A DNA stretch of 64,000 nt, taken from assembly GCA_963842525.1 (NCBI GenBank), contig CAWJGT010000011.1:32001-96000 (forward strand), read 5' to 3'. The position numbers and the translations under genes were made by a program. Positions 44,474-53,175 of the stretch are shown here, piece by piece (the first letter of the stretch is position 1; every line of letters begins with the position of its first letter). The notes beneath the pieces are model-generated. The model did not search any database. It was not told the origin of the DNA and was given only the letters and a program-made list of their open reading frames with translations. The DNA comes from an uncultured Holophagales bacterium (lineage in GTDB: Bacteria > Acidobacteriota > Thermoanaerobaculia > Multivoradales > UBA5704).

Positions 44474-44498
44474 CCAACCCGCCGCAGTAGGTCTGTAA

Positions 44499-44533
44499 AC
44501 CGAGAGGGGGGGGGCCTCGGCCCCTCTCTCGGT
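44499..44533 (+). terminator. Stem-loop after the coiled-coil gene
   Basis: ACCGAGAG(G)nGGCC-TC-GGCCCCTCTCTCGGT. Confidence 0.55.
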
Positions 44534-44662
44534 CCCCTAAACCTAAACATTCTCGAGAACAGCTCGTCTAACTGAGAGATGTGATAGTCTTACTCAATAC
44601 CCGCGAGGAAGAGAGGGCGTGATAAGCTCGTCGCTCGCGGCGACAGATCGATGAGGAGCGCT

Positions 44663-45299
44663 ATGTCGATCAAGAACCTTCCGCGATTGCGCAGGGCTCT
44701 GGTCGTCGAGCCTGGACTGGTACCTCCGCAGGTGGCGTCGGAGCCTGTGCCCACACCAGCTTCCGTCGCCATCCTCAACCGGGACAGGCGGACCACGATT
44801 GGCAAGCTGGTTTTTCACCTGCAGAGTGGCTCGGACCAAGTACTGTTCACCGCTCACCGTTCCCATAGTTCCCATCGCTCGCACAGCTCTCATAGATCGC
44901 ACTCGTCACATTACTCGTCGAGCCGCGGCTCCAGCCCAGTCTATGTGCCGCCTCCGCCCCCGCCGCCACCAGCTCCGAAGCCATTACTGTCTCCGCCGAA
45001 CTCCTCCACGGGTACACCTGAAGCCGCTACGGAAAAAGTGGTGATCGAAATCACCCGGATCGACCTTGTCGAGGGGACGATCTCAGGTAAGGACCGGAGC
45101 AAGCGCATCTGGACTTTCCACTACGCTCCCGAGACGAAGGTCCACCGGATGACGCCACAGGAATCCATCCGGCGCCTGGATGAGATCGTGCGCAACGCGC
45201 CGTTCCCCGTCGAAGTCGATCAAGAGGTGCTCGTGACCTGGAAGACGGACCTGGTGAAGGCCGGCCGAAAGCTGGCTGTCGAGGCTCACGATTTATTGA
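44663..45299 (+). CDS. His-Xaa-Ser repeat precursor (HxsA-like) with Pro linker and C-terminal domain; true end inferred from a +1 indel near 45283
   Basis: AHRSHSSHRSHSSHRSHSSHYSS; GAGGAG RBS; removing one G gives ...AVELTIY-TGA ending 7 bp before hxsD. Confidence 0.8.
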
Positions 45300-45306
45300 G
45301 AGCTGT

Positions 45307-45715
45307 ATGGAAGGTATCCAGGAGACAACGGCCTGTCCCATGGTCGCCGGCCTCGAGGGCCCGTCGATCGCCTTGGAGATCGACTTGTCCGTCTCTGAGC
45401 TCGAGGCCGTGTTCCGGGCATGTTACAAACTCACGGGCCGGTGTTACGTGTTCCTTGCGCGCGGAGAGGGCGATTCCCGCTTCCTCACTGTTGCGCTGAC
45501 TGCCAAGACGTCTGACACTGTTCTCGGCGGCCTTGCGGGAGAAGCTCTGCAACGAACTCATCGACCAGCAGATCCGAAGGTCGATTTTCCGCGAGGCGGG
45601 GGCTCTCCGGGAGATGATCGTGGCGGAAGCCTTCGCCGAGGGCAACCTGCTCGATCCAGAAAGAGATGAAGGAAACTACGAGGAAGATCCTCTCAGAATT
45701 GGCGGGCGCCGGTAA
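45307..45715 (+). CDS. hxsD: His-Xaa-Ser system protein HxsD (frameshift near 45543)
   Basis: IDLSV..LEAVFRACYKLTGRCYV joined to CNELIDQQIRRSIFREAGALREMIVAEAF. Confidence 0.8.
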
Positions 45716-45725
45716 CGCCCGGGCC

Positions 45726-45953
45726 GTGCGTCTTCCGTTCACCGAAGACCTCTACCCGGACGAGAGCCTGCGCGAAGCGGCGGAGGCGTTCGCGGGCTTC
45801 TGCCGGATCGAGAAGGAGACGGCCGGTCAGGGGACGGTCTTGACCGTCTCTCTGGAACCCGTGGCTGGTGTCGAAGGCCGCCGGATCATTGGTGAATTCC
45901 TCAATTACCTCCTGGGTCATGCGGCGCAGGAGCGATTCCGGAGCGGAGCCTGA
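45726..45953 (+). CDS. Second, short HxsD-like protein
   Basis: F.EDLY..ESLREAAEAFAGFC...IIGEFLNYLL parallels the HxsD GEFxNxL motif; ends 2 bp before hxsB. Confidence 0.6.
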   Translation: MRLPFTEDLYPDESLREAAEAFAGFCRIEKETAGQGTVLTVSLEPVAGVEGRRIIGEFLNYLLGHAAQERFRSGA

Positions 45954-45955
45954 CC

Positions 45956-46699
45956 GTGACATCGCCGGCCTTTCTTCCTCGAGAGAGCTATCTGCCTGCG
46001 GAAAGGGGCTATCGATTCCTCCCGTTCCGTTTCCTGCGCTGGCCTGGGGACAAGGTGCTTGTCGTCAACGACGTCGGGGAGTTCCTCTTTCTCTCCGCTG
46101 ATCGCTTCGAGGCCTTCGTCCGGCATCGCCTGGATCGTGGCGACCCGTCCTATGCAGACCTCAAGGCGAAGCACTTCCTCTTCGATACGCCATCAAACGT
46201 ACCTCTCGACCTTCTAGCGACCAAATATCGTACCAAGAAGAGTCATCTCGACGGTTTCACCAAGCTGCACCTTTTCGTCGTGACTCTGCGCTGCGATCAC
46301 TCCTGCCACTACTGCCAGGTTTCGCGGGTCAGCACCAATCGCACGAAGTACGACATGAGCGAAGAAACGGCCAGCCGCGCAATTGATTTGATGTTCCGCT
46401 GCCCCTCGCCCGCCGTGAAAGTCGAGTTTCAAGGCGGCGAATCTCTCCTGAACTTCGACCTGATCCGCTTCATCGTCGAGATGGTCGAAGCCCGCGGAGC
46501 CGATCCTTTGTTCAACTATCGGACCCAGGGAGACATCGTGGGGCACCGGCCCACGAGCGCTTTCTGCACCAAGAACATGGAGATTATCCGCCACCTCTTC
46601 CACCTGCTCCGGGAAGGCGATCCGTTCACTCGAAACCTTCTGACGGCGTGGGGTACGGGTGTGCGCCTCGATACACTGGTGGAGTTCCCTCTGTCATGA
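45956..46699 (+). pseudogene. hxsB: His-Xaa-Ser radical SAM maturase HxsB with large in-frame internal deletion
   Basis: LPFRF...HLFVVTLRCDHSCHYCQVSR...EFQGGESLLNF joined directly to GADP...TQGDIVGHRPTSAFC; only 247 aa. Confidence 0.8.
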
Positions 46700-47871
46700 G
46701 CATCCCCCTGCACGCTCATGGCAGTGATGTGCCCCGCCTGCCTGGGACGATCGTGGGCCGCATCACCTGCTGTCCGGTGGAGTCGGCGATGCGGCCCGAC
46801 CACGTCCTGATTGTGAAAGAACTGGTGCCAGATCTTGACCTCGACGGTTACGCGGGTGTGATCACGCCGCAGCTTCCTGGGGAGGCCACTCTCGAAACCT
46901 GTGCCGGGCGCGAGGTCCGCCTGATCCACGGGGTCTCGTCCATCCATCATCTCGCAGAGGGCGACGTTGTTGCCTTGAATCCGGGCGGCTACGTCCGGAC
47001 TCTCTACCGAATTTCCTCGCCGCACAATGCGATCTTCACGACGGATCGCTGCAATAGCTTCTGCCTGATGTGCTCGCAGCCGCCACGGCCCATCGACGAC
47101 AGGGATCGTATTACCGAGCACCTCCGCTTGATCGAGCTGATAGACCCGCGGACGCGCGAGTTGGGGATTACGGGCGGCGAGCCGACGCTGCTTAGAAACG
47201 ACCTCCTGCGGATCGTCGAGCACTGCAAGGAGTTGCTTCCGGATACGGCGCTTCACATCCTTTCGAATGGCAGGTTCTTCTACTACGGTTCTTATGCGAA
47301 GAAGTTGGCCGACACCGGGCATCCAGACCTTATGATCGGGGTTCCGCTCTATTCGGATCTCGATAGCGAACACGATTTCGTCGTGCAGGCGGCGGGTGCC
47401 TTCGACCAGACGATGATCGGGCTTCAGAATCTTGGCCGATACGGAGTCCCTGTCGAGATTCGAGTCGTGATCCACCGTCACACTCACGAACGTCTACCGA
47501 AACTCGCCGAGTTCATCTACCGGAATCTCCCGTTCGCCGCCCACATAGCCCTCATGGGCTTGGAGACGACCGGTTTTGCCATTCCCAATCTTCAAGACCT
47601 CTGGATCGACCCTTGGGACTACCGCCGCGAGCTAGAAGAAGCTGTCCTCTTGCTGGCGGGCCGGGGGCTGAACGTGTCCGTCTACAACCACCAACTCTGT
47701 GTCGTGCCGCGCGAAATCTGGAGCTATTGCCGGAAGTCGATTTCCGATTGGAAGAACGACTACCTTCCCGTCTGCGGTTCCTGCTGCGAGAGGGAAATCT
47801 GCGGAGGGTTTTTCACATCCTCCCTACAAAGGAAGCACAGCTCCCACATCGCGTCAATCGCAAGCTCCTGA
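46696..47871 (+). CDS. hxsC: His-Xaa-Ser radical SAM maturase HxsC
   Basis: TDRCNSFCLMCSQPP, GITGGEPTL, LSNGR, HDFVVQAAGAF, VYNHQLC, KSISDWKN, C..C....CGGFF. Confidence 0.92.
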   Translation: MSIPLHAHGSDVPRLPGTIVGRITCCPVESAMRPDHVLIVKELVPDLDLDGYAGVITPQLPGEATLETCAGREVRLIHGVSSIHHLAEGDVVALNPGGYVRTLYRISSPHNAIFTTDRCNSFCLMCSQPPRPIDDRDRITEHLRLIELIDPRTRELGITGGEPTLLRNDLLRIVEHCKELLPDTALHILSNGRFFYYGSYAKKLADTGHPDLMIGVPLYSDLDSEHDFVVQAAGAFDQTMIGLQNLGRYGVPVEIRVVIHRHTHERLPKLAEFIYRNLPFAAHIALMGLETTGFAIPNLQDLWIDPWDYRRELEEAVLLLAGRGLNVSVYNHQLCVVPREIWSYCRKSISDWKNDYLPVCGSCCEREICGGFFTSSLQRKHSSHIASIASS

Positions 47872-47964
47872 GTCACGAGCCGCATGGCAAAAGAGGAGGT
47901 TGCGTGGGCGCACGTGGCCATCGAGGAATACCTTGGGCGGCAGCGCCGACGGCGATTGGGAGCT

Positions 47965-48357
47965 TCACCAGGTTTCCCAACTCAGCCCTTCGATCTCTGC
48001 GAAGTGCTTCTTGTCGCGAGTTGCAAGCATCAGTCGATATCGGCTCGCTATGGCAGCAATCCAGATATCGTTTTCCGGCAGTGGTCTGCCTCGGTCATGG
48101 AGGCGGGCCTTGATCTCTCCGTAGAGTCGTCCCGTTTCCGAATCGCAACCGAGCACACCGGTTCGTGCTGCAAGCTCGTGGATGCGGCTCAGATTCTTCT
48201 TTCGCTGCAGCGATCGGTGAGCGCCGTAGATCAGCTCCCCGAGAGTGATGACGCTGAGAGATACCTGCGCGGCCCCGGCAAGCCTCTGCTCGATCTCTGA
48301 ATCAGCTTTGAAGAGGCCGATGACGATATTGGTGTCGAGCAGATAGTCACCAGGCAT
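47965..48357 (-). CDS. vapC: VapC PIN-domain toxin
   Basis: YLLDTN, ITLGELIYGA, PENDIWIAA, TRDKKHF. Confidence 0.92.
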   Translation of the reverse strand: MPGDYLLDTNIVIGLFKADSEIEQRLAGAAQVSLSVITLGELIYGAHRSLQRKKNLSRIHELAARTGVLGCDSETGRLYGEIKARLHDRGRPLPENDIWIAAIASRYRLMLATRDKKHFAEIEGLSWETW

Positions 48358-48574
48358 CGAGGTCCACCCGCTCGCACCCCTCCTCGATGGCCTCTTCCAT
48401 CCTCTGGGCATCCTGCGGGTCAAGTGCTCCGGAGAAGGCGAGCAGATCCCGCCCTGGCACGCCAGCGGTCTGGGCAGCCAAGGCCTCAACGAGATCCAGC
48501 ACTCGCTGCTGGGCTTCACCAGAAAGATCGTCGAGGTGCTGCAAGATCGCTTCCTTGATGCTTGCCCGGCCCAT
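48347..48574 (-). CDS. Antitoxin partner of VapC
   Basis: Overlaps the vapC start; EAQQRVLDLV...MEEAIEEGCERVD. Confidence 0.75.
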   Translation of the reverse strand: MGRASIKEAILQHLDDLSGEAQQRVLDLVEALAAQTAGVPGRDLLAFSGALDPQDAQRMEEAIEEGCERVDLDAW

Positions 48575-48915
48575 TGCCCCAAGACCCTCCACAATCGCCA
48601 TGATCTTACTCCCTTTCGTGAGTGAAGCGGATCTCGCGCGCCAGAGTAGGTAAAAAAAGACTGGAGGTCAATGCCTTGAAGAGGCTCTGGGCACGAAGAC
48701 GACACGCTCCTGGCCAGCGACAAGAATTCGCTGGTGGACGATTCTCTGCAGGCAAAACGCGCCTGGGGTTTGGCCGAATTTGGGCAGCAGGCACCTGTAA
48801 CGTTCCGACCCCTTCCATAGACTAACTCGAATGTATAGGCTGGCGGGTCCCCTGGGGGCCCCGCTGTCCGGCGGGACGGACCCGTCGGGGGGCCGGATGG
48901 GTAAAGGAGGATGGG

Positions 48916-49839
48916 GTGGTACAGGGCTCGGTTGCGCATCGGCCGCCGGTTTGGGAGGAACGTCTTTCCCGCCTGCTCTTTCTCGCTTTCTCTCCGCGGC
49001 TGCCTCGCGGCGCGCAGCCGGAGACGCCGCGGTGGCTCGCACCCTTCGAGCAGGTCGAGATCGAGCGTCCGGAAGGGGGGCCGCTCTCGGCGACCTGGTA
49101 TCCGGCGCCGGAGCCCGCGCGGGGCGCGGTGCTTCTGCTCCACCCCTGGGCTGTGTGGGGCAAGGCTTATTTCCACCGCCGGAGCCGGCTCCGGGCGCTC
49201 CGGGACGCCGGGTATCACGCCCTGACTCTGGACTTCTCCGGCTTCGGGGAGAGCGGCCGGCCGGTCGGTTTCTTCGACCGCGACGTCGAGGCGGCGCTCG
49301 TCTTTTTGCGGCGGCGGATCGGCGATCTTCCCCTGCACGTCTGGGGGGTCAGCGCCGGCGGCTATTGGGCCCACCCGGCCATCGCCCGGAGCCGGGGGGT
49401 CTGGGGCGCCGTGTTCGAGGACGTGTCGCCGCACCTGCTCCAGTGGTCGTGGCGCATGGCCCCGTTGGGCCGGCCCTGCTATCTCTTTTTCCGCTGTTTT
49501 TTCCGTAAGGCCTACAGGTTCCTGGACATCCGGCGCCACGCTGCAGCCCTGCGGCTGGGCGCGGTCACCTATATCAGCGGCGAGAAGGACCCGGGGATCT
49601 TCCCTGACGAGACCCGCGAGCTCGCCTCTCTCGCCAGCGGGCGGCACCGGATCATCCCCGCGGCGGGCCATCTCAGCTCCATCAAGCTCGCCACCGACGA
49701 GGTCCATGCGCTGGCTGTCTGGACGTTCCGCGAGGCCGAGATGACGGGTCGGGAGCGGGAGCCGCCGCCGGAGCGGGCCGCCTGTCTGGATGAGAGCGGT
49801 ACCCACTGGTCCTACCCGGATCCGCTCCCTGGGATGTAG
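48916..49839 (+). CDS. Alpha/beta fold hydrolase
   Basis: DFSGFGES, GVSAGG nucleophile elbow, GEKD, AGH. Confidence 0.8.
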   Translation: MVQGSVAHRPPVWEERLSRLLFLAFSPRLPRGAQPETPRWLAPFEQVEIERPEGGPLSATWYPAPEPARGAVLLLHPWAVWGKAYFHRRSRLRALRDAGYHALTLDFSGFGESGRPVGFFDRDVEAALVFLRRRIGDLPLHVWGVSAGGYWAHPAIARSRGVWGAVFEDVSPHLLQWSWRMAPLGRPCYLFFRCFFRKAYRFLDIRRHAAALRLGAVTYISGEKDPGIFPDETRELASLASGRHRIIPAAGHLSSIKLATDEVHALAVWTFREAEMTGREREPPPERAACLDESGTHWSYPDPLPGM

Positions 49840-49921
49840 GCTCTTCCCCCGGGGTTGCGCGATAATCGAAAGGTCGTCCTGTTCTGAGGAGACCTTTTGC
49901 GACGTCTCCGGCCGTTGCAGC

Positions 49922-50347
49922 TCACGCATGCCGGTCGAGCCTGCGGACGCGGACTACTGTGGCGGGCAGGGCCAGGATCTCCGGGTCGCCGGTGAGGATG
50001 GGCGCCTTTTCCAGCCGGCCGGTGGCAACAGCGAATGCATCAGCGTAGGAAAGAGGGTGCATCGCTTTGACTCGCGCTGCCTCGAGGACCAGGGATTCGC
50101 GAGCCGGTACGATGCCGATCGGAAGGGCCTTCACCTGGGCGAGACGTTCCTCGGCCTGCGTCTCCTCAGTGAGTTGGAGGAGACGATAGAAGACCTCGCC
50201 GAGGTTGACCACGTTCAGCAGCAGGCGGAGGTTGCCGCTTTGCGCGCGGCGGAGATAGCGACGCATCACCGCCGCGCCGGGCTCCTCGGCGCGGAGGAAC
50301 GCCAGAATCGCCCAGGAATCAACGACCGCGACGCCGCCAGCGCTCAT
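49922..50347 (-). CDS. vapC: VapC PIN-domain toxin
   Basis: VVDSWAILAF, VNLGEVFY, LSYADAFAVA, ILTGDPE. Confidence 0.9.
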   Translation of the reverse strand: MSAGGVAVVDSWAILAFLRAEEPGAAVMRRYLRRAQSGNLRLLLNVVNLGEVFYRLLQLTEETQAEERLAQVKALPIGIVPARESLVLEAARVKAMHPLSYADAFAVATGRLEKAPILTGDPEILALPATVVRVRRLDRHA

Positions 50348-50588
50348 CGGCTTCGATTTCGGCCTGGTGCTCGGCTTCTAGATCCGCGAGGGGGTCCCGC
50401 GGGAGATCCTTCAGACAGCCGTAGAGGGTTTCGATGGGATTCCCGGCCTTCAGCAGTGTCAAGCGCACGGCGCCTTCGCCCATGATCTCGACCGCCAACT
50501 CAGTGCCCGACACCCACTGGAGTTGCTCGCGCAGGGGCTTGGGAATGACAACCTGACCTTTGCTGGTCAAACGGGTTGCGGACTTCAT
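50319..50588 (-). CDS. AbrB/MazE/SpoVT family antitoxin
   Basis: TRLTSKGQVVIPKPLRE. Confidence 0.9.
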   Translation of the reverse strand: MKSATRLTSKGQVVIPKPLREQLQWVSGTELAVEIMGEGAVRLTLLKAGNPIETLYGCLKDLPRDPLADLEAEHQAEIEADERWRRRGR

Positions 50589-50595
50589 GAGCGCG

Positions 50596-50615
50596 ATCTT
50601 ACCAAAGCGGTAAGA
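50596..50615 (-). promoter_or_regulatory. TA operator palindrome TCTTACC-N5-GGTAAGA overlapping a -10 box (TAAGAT)
   Basis: Perfect 7-bp inverted repeat; the -10 box lies 7 nt before the ATG. Confidence 0.65.
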
Positions 50616-50741
50616 CCGCGTCCATGGAGCCCTGTGGCAGAGCAATGGAAGCTTTGCACCTCCTCCCCCCGTACCGCAATCGCCAGGTAATATCCTTTGT
50701 CCCGGAGGGAGCACTCGGAGACGGTCCAGAGAAATCCTGCC

Positions 50742-50786
50742 ATGGAAGCGGTCCTCTTCATCGGCATCCAGGGGGCGGGCAAGTCG
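50742..50786 (+). pseudogene. N-terminal stub of an AAA/kinase-family P-loop gene
   Basis: MEAVLFIGIQGAGKS (Walker A), after which similarity is lost. Confidence 0.5.
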
Positions 50787-50841
50787 ATGTGGTCGAGGAG
50801 GGACGGGAAACTCTGCCTCGGTCCCCGCGTAGTACGAGCCC

Positions 50842-52548
50842 ATGAGCAGATCCTTGTCCTGCCGTGCCGTCCTGGCTCTCAGTCTCAGCTTCCTCGCCCT
50901 CCTCGCCATCCGTCCGGCTGCGGCCTCCGATCCTCCGGCGGCGGAGGTCGACGCGGTCTTCGCGGACTCTGCGAAGCCCGACTCTCCGGGGTGCGCCCTG
51001 GGGGTGTACAAGGACGGCCGGATCGCCTACTCCCGCGGCTACGGCATGGCGAGCCTCGAGCAGGGGGTCCCGATCACGCCGAAGACGGTCTTCTACATCG
51101 GCTCGGTCTCGAAGCAATTCACGGCCTTCGCCGTGGCGCTCCTGGCCAAGCAGGGCAGGATCTCGCTGGACGACGACGTGCGGAAGTACATCCCCGAGCT
51201 GCGGGACTACGGCACGCCGGTCACGGTCCGCCATCTGATCCACCACACGAGCGGCCTGCGCGAGAAGTGGGTGCTCCTGCAACTCGCCGGCTGGCGGGAC
51301 GGCGACGTCGTCACCCTCGAAGACGTGCTCGACCTCGCCCGCCGGCAGAAGAAGCTCAACATCAAGCCCGGGGACGAGCACATCTACAGCAACACCGGCT
51401 ACGACCTGCTGGCGATGCTGGTCCAGCGGGTCACCGGCACCTCGCTCCGGGAGTATGCCCAGGAGCAGATCTTCGGCCCTCTCGGCATGAAGGACACCCT
51501 GTTCAACGACGACCGCAACCGGGTCCTCGCCCGCAAGGCCAGTGCCTACTCACCGCGCGAGGGAGGCGGCTTCCGGCTCGACGTGCCGAACGTGGACACC
51601 GTGGGGAGCGGCGGCATCTACACCACTCTCGAGGACCTGGCGCTCTGGGATGAGAGCTTCTATACCGGCAAGCTCGGCGGGAAGGCGCTGATCGAGCAGG
51701 TCGAGGCGCCCGGACGGCTGAACAGCGGCGCGGCGATGGACTACGCCTTCGGCCTCGGCGTGGACGAATACCGCGGATTGCGCCGGGTCTGGCACAACGG
51801 CGCTCTGGCCGGCTTTCGCGCCATCCTGATGCGCTACCCGGACCAGCACCTCTCGGTCGCCCTGCTCTGCAACCATGGCGAGGTCGATCCGGACGCGCTG
51901 GCGCTGAAGGTGGCCGACCTCTATCTCGCCGACCGCTATACCGCGGAGCCGCCGACCCCGCCGCCGGCCACCGCGCCGCCCCAGGCGGTCACCCTGTCCG
52001 AGCAGGACCTCGCCTGGCCCACCGGCCTCTACTACGGGCCCGCAGACAGCCTGGTGCGGCGGATCCTCGTGCGCGACGGCAAGCTCATCTATCACCGCAC
52101 CCCGCAGAACGAGACCGAGCTGGCGCCCCTCGGCCCGCGCCGCTTCGTGATGCTCGGCCCGCCGGTCCGGACCGAGGTGGCGTTCGAGCCCGGTCCGGAC
52201 GGCCCGCCCGCCCGGATGACCGTGACCGCCGCAGGTGCGCCGCCCACGAATTTCCAGGCCGTGGCTCCAGCCCACCGTCTGGTCCTGGACCAGTACGCCG
52301 GCACGTACGCCAGCGACGAGCTGGCCACGACCTACACCCTGGCGGCCCGCGACGGCAAGCTGTTCCTCCAGCGGCACAAGTTCGAGGACGAAGAAATCAC
52401 TCCGGCTTTCGTGGATGCCTTCACCGCCGGAGGCCTCTTCCTCCGCTTCGAGCGCGGGCCGGGCGGCGAGGTCACGGGGTTCTCGGCCTCCGTCCAAGGG
52501 GCCGTCCGGGATCTGCGGTTCGTGAAGGAGCACGGCGTGCTGCGTTGA
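50842..52548 (+). CDS. Secreted serine hydrolase (beta-lactamase/AmpC-like family)
   Basis: Signal peptide, SVSK (SxxK), YSN, HNG motifs. Confidence 0.9.
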   Translation: MSRSLSCRAVLALSLSFLALLAIRPAAASDPPAAEVDAVFADSAKPDSPGCALGVYKDGRIAYSRGYGMASLEQGVPITPKTVFYIGSVSKQFTAFAVALLAKQGRISLDDDVRKYIPELRDYGTPVTVRHLIHHTSGLREKWVLLQLAGWRDGDVVTLEDVLDLARRQKKLNIKPGDEHIYSNTGYDLLAMLVQRVTGTSLREYAQEQIFGPLGMKDTLFNDDRNRVLARKASAYSPREGGGFRLDVPNVDTVGSGGIYTTLEDLALWDESFYTGKLGGKALIEQVEAPGRLNSGAAMDYAFGLGVDEYRGLRRVWHNGALAGFRAILMRYPDQHLSVALLCNHGEVDPDALALKVADLYLADRYTAEPPTPPPATAPPQAVTLSEQDLAWPTGLYYGPADSLVRRILVRDGKLIYHRTPQNETELAPLGPRRFVMLGPPVRTEVAFEPGPDGPPARMTVTAAGAPPTNFQAVAPAHRLVLDQYAGTYASDELATTYTLAARDGKLFLQRHKFEDEEITPAFVDAFTAGGLFLRFERGPGGEVTGFSASVQGAVRDLRFVKEHGVLR

Positions 52549-52578
52549 ATTACAATCGGCCAGCTTTTCGGACCCTGC

Positions 52579-53098
52579 ATGAACGCGAGACGACGAATCG
52601 TGCTGGCTCTCGCCGTGGCGGCTCTGGTCACGGGGCCGGTTTTTGCCCGGGAGCGTATGTCCACGCCCCGCGAGCGCGCCAAGGCGCTCAAGCTGGCGCG
52701 GGCGCTCGAGACCGAGCCGCTGGGCGCGAAGGCCGTGGATGCCCGGCGCTGGCTGGCGCTCTGGCTGCTCGAGGTCTCGGACCTGCGGGTCCCATTCTGC
52801 CCCGAGGTCCTGGGGGTCGACATCCCGACGCGGGAGCGGCTCCGCACCGAGAGTCCTGGCCCAGATCACCTACTCGGGCATGGCCTATCTGATCGAGAAC
52901 CCGGGCCAGCCGAGCGCCGACGCGGACATCTATCACGCCGGCATCCTGGGAGCGCTCCGCTCCTACGAGGCGATCCTCCGGCTCCAGCCGGCGACGCGCT
53001 TGCCCTTCCTCGACGGCCTTCTGGCCCGGCGCGACGCGGGCGAGCTGGCCGCCTATGTGGCCGAGACCACGAAAGGCTGCTCGGGGAAACACTCGTAG
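52579..53098 (+). CDS. Secreted hypothetical protein (frameshift near 52850)
   Basis: Signal peptide; ORF 52579 joins the frame of ORF 52643-53098 (QITYSGMAYLIENP...). Confidence 0.6.
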
Positions 53099-53101
53099 GA
53101 G

Positions 53102-53160
53102 CCCCTCACCCCCCTGGCCCCCCTCTCCCATCCGCCCTCCCTACCTGCGGGAGAGGGGGG
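53102..53160. repeat. REP-like element (same family as 11811-11958)
   Basis: CCCCTCACCCCCCTGGCCCCCCTCTCCCATCCGCCCTCCC...GGGAGAGGGGGG between convergent genes. Confidence 0.75.
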
Positions 53161-53175
53161 AACAAGACGGAGGGC

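Noticed and set aside
47884-48300. Plus-strand 138-aa ORF after hxsC as a sixth Hxs gene
   Set aside because: Lies antisense to a clear vapC and has no recognisable motifs
47965-49929. 654-aa ORF suggesting a large PIN-domain fusion
   Set aside because: The upstream part is antisense to the hydrolase and overlaps the antitoxin; vapC starts at 48357
50842-52548. Class C beta-lactamase resistance gene
   Set aside because: Motifs and C-terminal extensions fit the broad serine-hydrolase/peptidase family; resistance cannot be inferred
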